Assembly (NCBI GenBank): GCA_964016885.1
Contig: OZ024741.1
Coordinates: forward strand, 230,144,001 to 230,208,000
Source: Eledone cirrhosa
Lineage: Eukaryota
DNA length: 64,000 bases
Direction: 5' to 3'
The notes beneath the pieces are model-generated. The model was given only the letters and a program-made list of their open reading frames with translations. It was not told the DNA's origin and ran no database searches. Position 1 is the first letter of the stretch; every line of letters begins with the position of its first letter. Positions 42,925-57,585 of this stretch are shown piece by piece. The translations under genes and the position numbers were made by a program.

Positions 42925-44059
42925 TGTGTAGCGATGTAATACGTCAGCAATGATGTGTTCGTCAGAATGTCGTAATGCAGACAGTCAGACGTACATACAG
43001 ATATTATAAGGGCTCAACGGAGATGTTAAACCGGCGCCTAACACCCCTTTAACAACAGAAAATTGAAAAATAAAAGCTGCAGTTAATATCTTTAGACCGC
43101 AAGGAATATATAAATGCAAGTTTGAAGTTAATCGGAGTAGAAATGTGGATTTGTATAGACTTTGCAAAAATGAGGACGGACACACACACAGACAACTACA
43201 GTTATATATATATATGCTAGGAGTGTATCCCGGCGTAGCACGGGTAAAAACAATGGTAATAGCACCTCCAATATGAAACGTTTATTTGTGGGTGCCTGTT
43301 AAAAGCTCACGAAAATATATCGACAGGAAACTTGTTTTATTTGGAGAAAATTAAGAAGTTGAAAGTACAGTTTAGCTATCTACGTGCATTGTTCATAGAT
43401 ATATTGTTGAGCTCCTTCTTTTCATACTCCTGTTTTGGCCTGTTGGAGTAAATGTGAAAGAGAAAGTCACAGGTTAAGTTGGCAGAAGGTTCCAGTGCAA
43501 TAGAAGTAAGGCGTGGGCTACTTACCTCAAAGATTCATTCGCACTCTTTCCACTAAGTTACTCTTTCTCTCCCCCTTCTCGGTGCAGCCCCTTGCGAATT
43601 TCAAGAGGGAGTGAAGGGGAGTTAGTGGAAAAAAATAAATATAAAACATGAGTTGGAAAATAAAAGTTTTAAAAAAGTGGTGGAAAGATGTGAGGCGTGT
43701 AGAGGTGCCTGGTGGTGGATTAAGGTTGGTGGGTGGTAGGAAAAAAGGGGTCCAAGTGGGGAGCGTGGAAGGTAGGGTGTGTGTGTGTGTGTATGCGTGG
43801 ATATAAGTGTGAGAGTTTGGGGGAGAGCGCAGTAAGGCAGCTTGACATTTTAGCAGCAGATCGTAATAATTGGCGCTCAAATAATTGGCGTAAATATTGG
43901 CGCTCAAAGATGGTGCGAAAAGTTTTGAGGAAAACGGAATAAAACAGGCTTATCTAAAAAGTAAAGTCAGGAAAGCCAGATAGTTACAGAACATGAGCAT
44001 GGTGCTAAGGTTTCGTCTTGCTAAATTTGTGGCATAATATGTCTATCTCTTGAATGATA

Positions 44060-44620
44060 CATAATTGGCTCACAGGAGAAATAAGAGCCAAACACATATT
44101 TCTCTTGTGGATGAATTGAAACTCTGTTTCAAGAACATAAATGGGATGAAGAAAAATCTTGACCTGGTTACAACCTTCTCAAAGGAATTAGGAATGGAGT
44201 TTGGCCAAAATAAATGTTCATATATGATTGTAAAGCGAAGACAAATTAAAAGCCAATCTGGCAACATTTCTAATTGTTTTACCGATATCTGACGAGTAAT
44301 GCTACAGTTATCTAGGGATAAATGAGACTATATCCTGTGGTGATATCTGTAACAAGGAAAGCGTAACCAGGGAATATTACACCCGATTAAGAAAAATATG
44401 GTCATTTGAAAATTCTGCGCACAATAAATCAGTGGCTTTCAATGTGTTTGCTGTGCCTGTCCTGACACCAACCTTTGGAATGCTCTATTGGAAAATAGAC
44501 GAAATCCGAGCTATTGATGTTAAAACCCGGAAAATCTTAAACAACACCGGAAAATTCCCCATCAACAAAGACATAGATCGTGTTTACTTGAAACTGACTC
44601 TCTCTCTATTGGTAAAAAAT
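44060..44620 (+). mobile_element. R4/Dong-like RT fragment
   Basis: LVDELKL...VTTFSKELGMEFGQNKC; AFNVFAVPVLTPTFG...IDVKTRKIL. Confidence 0.75.
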
Positions 44621-45503
44621 TATACAATTATGAAATCAGAACACACAAACATGCATACATAGTGCGTGCTACAGATAATTAATCGTGATGAAGTATAATT
44701 TCAAAGGAGATTTTCCGGCTGATATTTCATACGCAAATTGCATATAAACCTATGACGAATAGAAATTCAGACAATCGTCTCTGACATTCTCTCCAGCTAC
44801 TGATGTAGGCCTGAAATAAGCACAGCTTAAAATAAAGGTTCTCAACGGGAGGCATATGCCCCCCCCCCCCCCGGGGGAGTTTCGTTGCTCCAGGGGGGCG
44901 TTATGCTGTGAGGTGGAGTTAGGGGGGGGCGTTGTTATGCAGTAAGGGGGCGTTTGAAACTTTGAGGGCGCTAGAAGCCCCTTTAGTTTGGTAAGTTTGA
45001 TAAGTCATATTTGTACGTCTCTTAGACAGTCAGAGATTTGAATGAAGAAAACGAAGAAAATAAATAAAAGAAGCTTGTCAACGAATTCCCTAGGGAGATA
45101 AAAGAAAATCAAAAGAAATCAAAGAGAATGAGAGTAAGGACTCCTTCAACAGAAATGACAAGAAGAAGCAATGGTGGTGAACATACACACACACACATAT
45201 ATACACATACATACACACACAAACATATATACATATACATATACACACACATATATATACACACACAGGTCGGCATTAGTGTTTGATGAGGTTGAGAACC
45301 TGGTCAGTTTTCAGCCGGAAGTGTGGTATTTATCTCCCTAGGTAATAAAATCTGGCGACAAAAATGTTCTTCTTACCAAAAAAATGAAGGCATAGATCAT
45401 ATCAACATCCTTACACACTTAAATATAAATGTATGTATGTATATATATATATATATATATAATATATATATATATATAAATCTACATACATATATATATA
45501 AAT

Positions 45504-45548
<45 letters not shown>

Positions 45549-45660
45549 ATATATAAATCTACATATATATATATATATATTATATATATATATATATATA
45601 TAAATCTACATACATATATATATATAAATATACATACATATATATATATATATATATATT

Positions 45661-45885
45661 TTTTTTTTTCGATCGACTTTCGTCAAATCGGACCAAGGAA
45701 ACAATGTTTCCATTGGTCTTTCCAATTGCTGATACTATCTATCGGTCGCAACTCCAGGTAGAAGGAGCAATGTGAAATAAAGTGTCTTGCTCAAGGACAT
45801 AACGCATCACCCGATCCGGGAATCGAACTCATAACCTCACGATTGTGAACCCAATTCTCTAATCAACTCAGCCATACGCCTTCAC
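45661..45885 (-). mobile_element. tRNA-derived CORE-like SINE
   Basis: A box tggctgagttg, B box gttcgattcc, gtccttgagcaagacactttatttcac core, poly(A) tail. Confidence 0.8.
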
Positions 45886-45920
<35 letters not shown>

Positions 45921-46459
45921 TACATACACATATATATAAATCTACATATATATATATATATATAAAGATACATACATATATATAAATATACATACATACA
46001 TACATATATATATAAATATACATACATATATATATATATATAAAGATACATACATATATATAAATATACATATATATATAAATATACATACATATATATA
46101 TAAATATACATACATACATATATATATAAATATACATACATAGATATATATATAAAGATACATACATATATATAAATATACATATATATATATATAAATA
46201 TACATACATATATATATAAATATACATACATACATATATATATAAATATATATACATATATATATACATACATACATATATATATAAATATACATACATA
46301 TATATATAAATCTACATACATACATATATATAAATCTACATACATACATATATATAAATCTACATACATACATATATACATACATACATTTACGTATGTA
46401 TATAGCTATGCATTTATACATTTGTATATATACATGAATTTATATTTAAGTGTGTAAGG

Positions 46460-46589
<130 letters not shown>

Positions 46590-47054
46590 GTGCATGCGTG
46601 CGTGTCTATGTGTGTTTGTGTGTGTCTGTGTATCTATCTATGTATATATATATATAAGGGATACAAATACTACTTTCTCACTGTCCCCAAGCATCATTCG
46701 TTGCTAAGTATTTTATTTTGCTACGAGGTATTTTATTTTGCAAGGTACTATTTTTCCCCTGAGTTTGTGATTTCAGAGAAAGGTAAGAAATTCTTCATAT
46801 TTTATATCTTTTGTATTTTGACTTTACAGTTTGAATTGTAGAATTGTTTATCCAATCAAAATATTACAACCGCTAACAGTGAAATATAGAATTTAAAAAA
46901 AAAAGCTTTTTCGACTGAAATCAAGTCTTTGAGAACATTCACGTCTATTTTTCAAAAATATATAATTTGAAATAGTTTGCTTTTGTTTTGGATTGAAACT
47001 TTTGTATTTTATTCGTACGGGTATTTTTTAAAGACCATTCTAACATAACTTGAT

Positions 47055-48331
47055 TTGGCCCATTACGTGCACTGCGGCATTCATATTTCTCAACTTATTA
47101 TAACTAAGTCTGTACAACAAGCTTCACTTATCAAAAATGTTCTAGGTTGCGTGAATGAATTGCGGAGACTATATAGTACATCAGGAAAATTTAAGCAAGC
47201 GTATTTATCACAACATGATGAAGAAAATGAAGTATCGTCACCACGCTCCTTAACACCTGTGTGCCCTACTCGATGGCTAACACGACTTTCTGCAGTCAAA
47301 GCCCTTCTTGACAATTATTCAGATGTCCCTATTTATTTACAAGAGGCAACAAATGAGTTTGGCACCAACATTCCATCCAGAGCTAATGTTATTCTTATGT
47401 GTCACTCTCCGGGCCAATGTGTTTGCACGTTGTAGTTCCATTACTTCAATTCCTTGAAGGATTGAACAAATATTTTCAAAGTACCACCTTCAACCTAGGT
47501 AGCATGTTGCATAGTGTCAAACTGGTGCAGGAGGAGCTAAAAAAAATCTACGCAGTGAAGAAAAATTTCAGGAGCTGTTCAATACAGCAGAAAAAATGAT
47601 TTATCAACTCGATATTTCTCCTTTGGAGCTACCCAGGCAATGAAAAGTTCCTAAAAGATACCAGGAATGGAAATGTTTGTGCTGAAGTGATCATACAGTA
47701 TTCAGAGCTTGATGAATTTTCTTTAAGGAACGAAATATTTCTTTTATAGAAATCATCATAGTGGATCATCTCTCGGGGATCATCGTAAAATATTCGGTGA
47801 AATGCAACCAGAAGTCCGTCGCATGTTTCTAAATGATGTGCGATTGTTCAGGCTACTTTTAATGTTTCCAACCAGTTCTTGTGAAGCTGAAAGATCTTTT
47901 AGCGCTCTGCAGAGACACAAAACTTGGTTGCGATCGACCATGACTTAGCAAAGGTTGAATCATATTCTAATATGAGACGTTCATAGAGATGTTTTGAAAA
48001 ATATTAGTTGTGAAGAAGTTGCTAAATTATTTATTGACAGCAATGATGCGAGATATGATACATTTGGAAAGTTCTAAAAGACAATAAATTTACTTTATAT
48101 GATTTTTATTCAAACGTCTGTTTTATTTTTTGTTGATTTGATATAATAAATACTTTTTAAGCTTATTTTTTTTTTATATCTGAACTTCATTTGAATATAT
48201 AAAATTTAATTAGTGTAAAGAAATTTTTACTTATTTGATAGGGTTCAGGAAAGACACCATAAGTAATACTTAAATGCTCCAACAAATGTTGCTTTGTCCC
48301 CCTCACATTTTTAAGGCAAACGAGGCCCCTG
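47055..48331 (+). pseudogene. Degraded second hAT transposase (Tip100/ZMYM1-like) nested in the Buster element
   Basis: YVHCGIH, CPTRW, PTSSCEAERSFSAL...WLRSTM; multiple frameshifts; candidate TIR acgaggcccctg ending at 48331. Confidence 0.8.
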
Positions 48332-49062
48332 GAAAAGAGCCACATTATTCACTGACCCGTTCATCACCGTGATCGGCTTGACCTCGATACTTCAGCTCAT
48401 TCTTACTAACATTCGGTTTGCTTGACCCCCATCTTATCTTCATTGCATTTCCACATCATTTATTCTATAACTAGGTTGTTGCTATTCCTATATAAACTGA
48501 CTGTTTATACTACGATCAAGTCTTGTTATAGCCTTGGGTTTAAGGAAATGCTTTTGTAGTCTTCAACAGTCATCCATTATAATTGCAGCACCATTACAAG
48601 AATATCACAGTGATGCATTAAGTTAAGGGCGATAATTTGAGTAACTCTGACTAATAAGTAATGTCTTAACTTACTATTATCGCGTCTTATCACTACGTGC
48701 TTAATTGATGAATTCCATTTCAAAATACTAGTCATTCTTACATTAAGTTCTCTTGAACTCGTTGCCTCGTTGATCCTTTATTGAGTCTGCCACCTTAATT
48801 CCCTCAAGCTAAGTTATTACTATTCCTACATGAAAGACTGGTTAATCTTCATATATAACTTGTCTCGATTTGGTTAATTAATGACAGCATTTGTCTTTTT
48901 CATTGCAGTTTTGTTTATTACAAAGTGTTATTCCAGAACATTACTTGAAACTTTATCATACTGGAACAGGACTCATTATAGTAAGTTCCTTATACATAAT
49001 TTTATAGGCTTATATAGGCAAATCTTTGCGTAACTTTACCAAACACATTCGCTAAACAGAAA

Positions 49063-50845
49063 ATGGCCTCAGCAATGAAGAAAAACTGCAGGCAGTACAG
49101 CGTTGATTACTTACGGTTCGGATTCATCCCATCGCCGTCGAACCACCTGTCACCCATGTGTTTAATTTGCAAGGACTCCTTTTCGAATGAGGCGATGAAG
49201 CCATCGCGTTTGAGTAGACACCTGGAGGTGAGACACCCCGATAAGAGATATAAAGATTTAGCATACTTTCAGTCTCTTAGGGACCAATTCCAGAAAACAA
49301 CAGTTATTTCTTCTGCCTTTTCAAAAGTTGAAGCTTCAAATGTTGATGGACTTGTCGCATCTTACAATATTGCCAACATAATCGCAAAGTGTGGCAAACC
49401 CCATTCCTTGGGTGAAACATTGGTAGCCACTGTCATCTCAGAAGTTCTTTCAACAGTACTACGTCAGAACCCGTTAAATACCTTGAAATGTATTCCGTTG
49501 AGTAACGACTCAATAAAGAGACGCATCGACGAAATGGCGGAAAATGTTGAACAACAATTATGCAACATCTTGAAATCGACACAATTTGCTTTGCAACTTG
49601 ATGAAAGCACACTTTCCGGGAATCAGTCCTTACTACTGGGTTACATGCGATTTTTCCACCAAAACGAAATGCACGAGGAGCTTTTCTTCATTCTGAATCT
49701 AGCCACAGATACTAAAGGTGCCACGATCTTTGAATCTGTCAAGGGATACCTCGAAGTAAAAGAGATACCTCTTAACAATATTGTATCATGTGCTACGGAC
49801 GGCGCAAGAGCAATGGTCGGCCAACATAAGGGTTTCGTCTCTCTTCTGAAGAGGGAAAATCCATCTGTATTTGCTGTTCATTGTGTCATTCATCGACAAC
49901 ACTTGACTGCGAAGAAACTCAGCGAGCCGCTGAGCAAGTCTTTGCAGGTAGCCATTGATGTCATCAATTATATCAAACTCCATGCCCTCAATGAACGAAT
50001 TTTCCGGCAACTGTGCGAAGATAATGACGAAGAATTCGTCGAGTTGCTCCTTCATACTGAAGTAAGGTGGCTTTCAAAGGGCAAGTGCCTTACTCGCTTC
50101 TTTAAACTGTTCGACTCTATCATTGAGTTTCTTCGAGGACGCAACACAGAACTATATAAAAAAAAACCTCGATGTGAGGCAAGACTGTGCCTACCTCGCC
50201 GACATCTTTGACAAATGCAATACTCTCATTATGGCTTTGCAGGGGGAGAAGATCACCTTGTTTAAAGCAAGGAATGCTGTGAAAATATTCCTGGCCAAAT
50301 TGAAAGTCATCGAAAGGAATCTTTGTCGACGGGAATTCTATAATTTTCCTAGTGTCGCCAATGTTTCAAACATTGTGAGCGATGACCAACTGCAAATTTA
50401 TACCGCGCACCTCCGTGCACTACAAGACAACATGAGAGAACGGTTTGTCGACCTTTTTCAGATGGACATCCCAATGTGGATAGCAGATCCCTTCATAGCC
50501 AACGTCGACGATTTCGACGTTAAATTTCAGGAAGAATTAATTGAACTTCAGGCAGATGACATTATCAAAATGAAATTTTCCAAAATAGGTGAACCCATTT
50601 TTTGGATGCAAGAGGAAATTCAGCGTCGATTTCCACTCCTACATGCAGAGGCTAAGAGATTTGCTTTGCCTTTTTCTAGCTCATACTTAGTCGAGAGGGG
50701 GTTTGGCGTTGTTTCCAGACTGCATAGTAAGGCTCGCAACCGCTACAATGTGATTGCACGTGGAGATCTCCGGCTACAGCTCACGAAAATCCAGCCTGAC
50801 GTCAAAGAGTTAGCTAAACTCCATGAAGCTCAAGGGTCCCATTGA
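49063..50845 (+). CDS. hAT Buster/Charlie-type transposase (ZBED5/ZBED8-like) with a single frameshift in the A9 run at 50158-50166
   Basis: BED finger CLIC...HLEVRH; QLDES, TDGARAM, CVIH, EVRWLS, SSYLVERGF; two overlapping ORFs. Confidence 0.92.
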
Positions 50846-51801
50846 TACGAGGTCAAAGTAAGTCGATTTTTTAGTTGTAGTTGCAGTCTGACTGGACTGG
50901 AAACCATCTACCACAATTGACTTACTCATTTGTTGTATATATTTTACCGTTTACTAATGAATATACCCTCTTACGAGGTCATGAAAACCCTCTTGCGTGG
51001 TCACAAAGCGGAGGGGACATCAAGCTAGATATCAACATTTATTCTGTCCGTTTCATTAAAGGGAAAATTGGAAAGCTTTGAAATAATACAATTGCCACTT
51101 TCTTCCAGATAAGAGCACTCTTTGGATAGACAGAATTGCTCTTGTATGAATGTTCAAAATAGCTGCTATCGTCTGGTGGGAATATAACAAATTCAACTGG
51201 TCCTAATTCATAAAAAAGAACATTTATGTTCCTTTTTTTGAAATCTATATACTTCCTTTCAAGGAATGTATTTATACTTTCAACTGCCTGCAATGGTATC
51301 TTTGGAATATCGTTAATCATTTTTTTAGTAATCTACTGATATCAAAATCAGTAGTATATTGAAAAATGGAAAACAAGTGTAGGGGGCCGTTTCGTGATTT
51401 CGAAGGGAAAAAGGAGGAGTTTGGCCGAAATGGGTTGAGAACCTTTGGCTTAAAACATTCACATGGGGAGTTCTTTCTGTTTATTATACATAAACATATT
51501 GTATATGCCATATACATCCCTAATTGAACCACGTTCTGTCAGTGTTGCTGCTAAGTAATCCTAGCCGGTCAAGTTCGCACTATATGCAAATAAGAATAGT
51601 CAGCCAACATTTTATTTGCATTATATGCAGATCGGCGCCCCAGCCGATTTATCATACACACACAAAAAAACAACATATTTATAGGCAGGAAAAATGTAAG
51701 ACAAACGCATATGGAGAACACTAGGAGGAATACGAGATTAAAACAAGTTAGATAAACCAATGGATCTTGATCAAGAATATAGACCGAGACTATATATATA
51801 T

Positions 51802-54188
51802 AAATTAGACTTATATGCCCCCCCCCCCCTAAATCTGATATAGGCAAAATTAGCAAATATATACTAGACAGAATAAACCCCCAAGTTAAGGTTAAAGTAG
51901 AAATTAAACTATGGGGTAACACTCATGAAGCAATAAGATGGTTTAATAACATTACTGATAAGAAAAAAATCAAAATTTATTCAGTTTGATATTGATGAAT
52001 ATTATTCCTCAATTTCACCTGATACTCTACATGAAGCTCTTTCGTTCGCTAAGGCTAATTCCGACCTTACGGATGCTGAAATTAAAATTATTATGGAAGC
52101 GAGGAAAACTATAGTTAAATTCGATGATAGCTACTGGGTTCGCAAAGATAGACCTTCTAATTTTGATATTACTATGGGTTCTAATGATTCGGCGGAAGTA
52201 ACAGATATTGTGGGAATTTATATCACCCACAGACTACAAGGAAAATTCAAGGATCTCCACGGTGGAATCTACCGTGATGATGCGCTCCTATTAGTTAAGC
52301 ATATGAATAACCAGAATTTAGAAAGGATGCGTAAAAATATCAGAAAGCTTTTTAAGGAACTAGGATTAAATATTACATTTGAATATAACCTCAAAGAGGT
52401 CAATTTCCTTGATGTTACTTTGAATCTCAATACAGAAACGATTAAACCGTTCCATAAACTAAATGAGAACCTTAAATATGTAAATACGAGTTCTAACCAT
52501 CCACTCTCTATAATTAAATCCATCCCTAGAAATGTTTCTCTTAGAATCTCCCGCCTGTCGTCCAACCAACAAACCTTCAAAGAACATGCCGAATATTATG
52601 ATGATGCACTTAGGAAAGCCGGACACCTAGATAATATAGAGTATATAGTCGAAGATCACCAAAACACCCAAAATAAATCCCATAGGAGTAGAAATAGCAC
52701 AGAATCACCACCATACATACACTACCGCAATAGACACAATAATAGTCGCACACCACCAAACAGAAGGCGATGTAAAGAGTATATTTGGTACAACCCGGTC
52801 TATAACAACTCTATTAAAACCAATCTACCCTCACAATTCTTTCGATTAGTTAAAAAACACTTTCCAACATCACATAAATATAATAAAATCTTAAACCCTA
52901 ACACTATTCGACTTTCATATTCAACCGCCCCTAATATTGAACAACATATAAAAAAGCTTAACGCAAAACGGTTGTATAAACGCCTTCCAACACATAACAA
53001 TACACGTAAAACATTAGCTATAACAATACAAAACAACAAACAACATCCTGTCCTACCTAAGCAACCTCATCAACCCATCCATGACAATACAACAACGCAA
53101 AATTATAATTGTAACTGTGTCCAACCAGGAATGTGTCCGTTGAACAATCAGTGTCTTGAACGCAACATCATATACAAATGTACTATCGAATCGGATAGAC
53201 AGAAGTGGTACTATGTGGGATCTACAGCCACCTCCTTCAAATCACGCCTTTATAGACATCGTTACTCGATAAAACATGAAAACCAGCGTTATGTAACAGC
53301 ACTCGCAGACAAGGCTTGGCAGCTGCGTGAAAATAACCAACAATCACACCTAAAATGGGATATAATAGCAGCTTCCCCTCCATAATCCCACGGACAGGAA
53401 TTTTGTAAATTATGTAATATGGAATTATTTTGTATTATGAAATCCAAAAGCATTTTATTAAATAACAGAATAGAGCGATCGTTATACTGTAACCATCGCT
53501 TAAAATCTACATTTTCATATTATAAATACTACCAGGATTGAACGCCTGTCTCCATCTCCGTTTGATTGTCAAAATACATATTAACATTCTCTATTAGTCT
53601 TAATTCTATCAACTCTTCTATTATTTACCATTTAATATAAACTGCTATAGATAAAATGAGATTTCTGATTTCTTAATTCAATTCCCTAATGCATATACCA
53701 GCTGGCTACTAGCATTGATGTTATTCAGTAGCAATCGAAATCTCTCCCTTCCCCAATTGACACTTTATAATTAATACTACTACACCAAATGACCAGCCCT
53801 GTCCACTGTCCAATTGGTCAAGTATAGATTAAAATTGGCACGCCCAAAAATTCTTATTTAGATAAAATAAACCATTTACTCATTGTATTCTCATTAGAAA
53901 CCCTTTATATACTTGTTTAGCAGTAAATTGAATTACCATCTGTCATATACTATCCCCTCTCTTCTTCCTCTATTACTAATATAAATACTTCAATTTTTCT
54001 GATTTTAACCAATTTATCCAAAATCTCTGAAGAAGTGACAACTGATTATACATTTGCTATCAAATACTTGCTAACATTATATGATTACGCAAGCAGCGAT
54101 ACATAGATATTCCGTCTGTTACAGAAACATATGTCAATACCTAATAAATTCCTTTTTAAAAAAAGCACTTTCATTTTATATTCATCTT

Positions 54189-54191
<3 letters not shown>
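51802..54191 (+). mobile_element. PLE (RT plus GIY-YIG; main ORF 52093-53385), paralogue of the 32006 element
   Basis: IYRDD, VNFLDVTL, CNCVQPGMCPLNNQC, YYVGST; premature stop and frameshifts; hammerhead near the 3' end; ends at (TA)n. Confidence 0.92.
54024..54139 (+). ncRNA. Type I hammerhead with long stem II
   Basis: CTGAAGA-agtgaca...tgttaca-GAAA-CATATG-TC^; stem I weak; AATAAA follows. Confidence 0.7.
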
Positions 54192-54267
<76 letters not shown>

Positions 54268-55380
54268 AAGAAAAGATGAAGTTGGAAATAGCAGGGGAGA
54301 TATATTTAAGGATCTGTTTTTCTTTTTTGATTCGTCAAAATGACATTATTGAAAAGATAGTGTTATTAAAAAGATAATGTTATCAAAAAAAGGAGAGGGA
54401 CAATTCTATTTAAAAAATCTTTTTATGAAGTATATAAAGTATATGAGAAAATTACCGGTTTAGATGTATTAAGATCCATCTTGTCAAATACAGTGACAAA
54501 AGTGAATTAAAAAGAGTGGGTAGGAGTAAAGAAAGGTTTACAATTAAAATCAAAATCGAATGTTTGAGTAAAATTTCTTCCATCATGCTTCCTGAAAAGT
54601 TGGCTGGGAATGAGAACAAGTTGTTTTGTTGATGTGAAAAATATGCTGCGACTGTATTGTTTAATCTAGTGGTTAATAGTTCAAAAGGGGATAGGGGGTT
54701 GTAAGAGCTGAACACTGTGGTAGGTTGCTATGTGTACATACCCCCCCCCCCACATATACATACACACATCTATAGAGAGAGAGTGTGAGGGTGTATATAC
54801 AACAGTATACACATGTGAGTGTGTGCGTATATGTATGCATAAATACGTGTGTGTATATATGTGTGGGGTTGTGTGTGTGTGTTTCTACAGTTTGTCTGTT
54901 AAAGTTACTTTTGTAGAGGAGAACTAAGAAAAAATTCTTTTCTCTCCAAACTCAGAAAATTGGCAAACGTTAAGAGCTGAAATCCAAAGGATTCCCAGAA
55001 TCCAAAAATTTAAAAGTTAAAGAAGGTAAGAGAATTAAGAGAACTCTTCCAAAAAACTTCAAAAATTACTTTCCAAAAGAAACTTTAAAAAAATCTTTCT
55101 CTCCAAAAAATCATTCTTTAAAAGAAATTTTCAAAATATCTTAAAAAAATCTTTTCAAAAAGGAGACACAGTGCGTGTATATATAAAGGAATGAGTAAAT
55201 AAATAAATATATACACAGAGGGAATTAAGTAACATTTTTTTCTACAAAATTTCGAAAATTGTCAAAAGTTAAAGGCTAAGAGCCAAAGGATTCTCAGAAT
55301 CCCAAAGTTTAAACATTAGAAAAAAATTCAGTGCGTGTGTGTGTGTGTGGGGGGGGGGGGGGGTTAACTAATGAGGGAGA

Positions 55381-56110
55381 TTATATATTTAGTTTTGGTT
55401 TAAATTTATTAATAAATAGTTTTTCATTATTTATTATTTGTTGTTGAGTGAAAGAATCGGTGCACTTGTAAAGGGGGAAGATTTTAAAGTTGGGGAGAGT
55501 CATTCTTGCACAATCTGCAATATGGCTGCTTAAGGGGATTTTCCTTGTGTTTACGTCTCGGATTTGTTGGCGATGGATAGTCATTCTTTTGCGTAATGAC
55601 AACACCGTCTGCCCTATATAGTTATGCTGACAACCACCACATGTGATTACATAGATTAGGTTCTCCGAGTTGCAAGTGAAGTTGTTTTTCACTGTGAAAG
55701 TTTGGCCATCTTTGAATGTGAATTTTTGCTCTTCAATTAAGTATAGGCATCTTCCACAGTTCGTTCTTCCGCATTTTGTTACCGTAAGGTTGGAGATAGG
55801 TTTGTGTGTCTTTGTTCCTGTGAGGATGTGTTTTAGTGATTTTGGTTGCCTTTTGCTTTTGATGATATTTTGATGATCTTGTTTTTTTTTATTTTTTCAT
55901 CTTTAAATAGAATGGGAAGGTTTTTGTGTAGGAGGTCGAATATTTCGGTGTTTCTGGGGTTGAACGTTGATACATATGGTAAGGTATTGTTTGTGGTGCT
56001 GTGCTTTGGGTTCTTGGGTTGATGAACATTTGCGTGTTTTGCTTTATCTATACTGTTGGCTCTTAAGGTGAGTGTGTTTTTGAGTTCATTTAGTCTTTTT
56101 TCCCTATTAT
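55381..56110 (-). mobile_element. Neptune-like PLE GIY-YIG fragment
   Basis: PYVSTFNP, KCGRTNCGRC linker, FTCNSENLIYVITC..C..YIGQT...RMTIH. Confidence 0.8.
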
Positions 56111-56965
56111 TATTATCTCACAACTAGCGGACTGATGAGATTAAGTTAAACAATTTTTCACTTTTTTTTTATTATGTTTTTGTTTTAATATGCGCTCTAA
56201 TTCCTGCTATTAATTTTATCTCTTACTTTTTTAAGTTGTGAAATAGACTGGTTTACGCACGCCGCTGCCGCATTCCAGCTCGCTACTATATATCGCTCTA
56301 TAATGGATACTGGCATTTAATGTCTGTTAAAGGTTCTTGGCACTACCATTGTTACTATTGCTTTCCCCTAGTCATGGGACTTAGAGACATGAGCCTAATG
56401 CTACCGTTCTATTATATATCGATGTGGGACTGCTATTTCTGATAACCATCTTTTCACGTCTTATTAATTTGTGTTTGATACACATTGGCTGAGAGCTTTT
56501 GACGGGAACGAAAAGAGTTGTTTTCTATTCTCCCGCCACCACGTAAAGTTTGTAAATCGGTGGCTGGTCGGGGGACAGAATTGTATCGGATTCCAGTTGC
56601 TAATCACTTTACTGTGTCGGCTGTCACAAACAGTCATAGCCGGCATGGGTTGGGGTTTGAATTTTGTCGATCGATTGGTTAATGATTATACGATACCTGG
56701 TGATGAAGCCACGTACGCCAATTATGCATTGTTGCATAATATATGCAGACAGAGGGTGCAGTGCACCTTACTGCTGCATTAAGTGTGGCCGAAACTCGAG
56801 TCCGGGAACTATTATAGGCACCCGTTTTACGTGTGTTGTATTGAAGCGAATAACTATTTGTATAATCTGGGAATGTAATTTACATTACCTATTGAGTACG
56901 CTGAGATACAAACGGTCCTGGCATTAATAAATATGATGGGTCCGTCAACTCCCTATTATATATAT

Positions 56966-57254
56966 CTACATAAAACAGAGAATGTCCGTCTCTCTGTCTG
57001 TCTGACTCCCTGAAACTCGAGAACGACCCAACCGATTGTTTTCGAACTTTACACGTGTAATACTTATTGTCCTGTGAGTGTTTTGAGCAAAAAATATTTC
57101 AAATTTTCAATAACCTAGGAGATTTAGCGATATCTCTCTATAATTCTTATTCTTTCTTTTTAGATAGATACATAGATATAACGTTGTGCCCTTATAATAT
57201 CTATCTCTATGTCTGACTGTCTGCATTACGACATTATGACGCTGTGTCTGTGTA

Positions 57255-57329
<75 letters not shown>

Positions 57330-57584
57330 TGTGTAACGTTTTTCGAAATATTTACTTCTGCGTACACAGATTGATCTTTTTAGTTTCAGAAGATCCCGCT
57401 AAGGGTGAAAGCACCGATTATTTGCTTAAACATTAATCTGTTATATTAATATATATATATAGATATGTAATTATATATTCGTGTACAGATATGTTTGCAT
57501 ACACAATAACAAAATATAAACAAACGTATTTATTTCACGAGGCTCCTAGAGCAAATCCCGAGCAACGCAGGGTCATTTTGCTAG
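56966..57584 (+). mobile_element. Non-autonomous Helitron-like element with nested family B fragment (57332-57451)
   Basis: 5' TCtacataaaac...ctgtctgtctg; 3' cccgagcaacgcaggg hairpin plus CTAG. Confidence 0.65.
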
Positions 57585-57585
57585 T

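Noticed and set aside
44785-44830. ctgatgtaggcctgaaa hammerhead-like motif
   Set aside because: Core mutated, stem II has no loop, single copy
45291-45303. Internal gttgagaacc match to the Buster TIR
   Set aside because: Not followed by the gcttaaaa TSD; the true right end is 51447
45790-45885. tRNA gene
   Set aside because: The A and B boxes belong to a SINE head; no full cloverleaf, and it is followed by the SINE core
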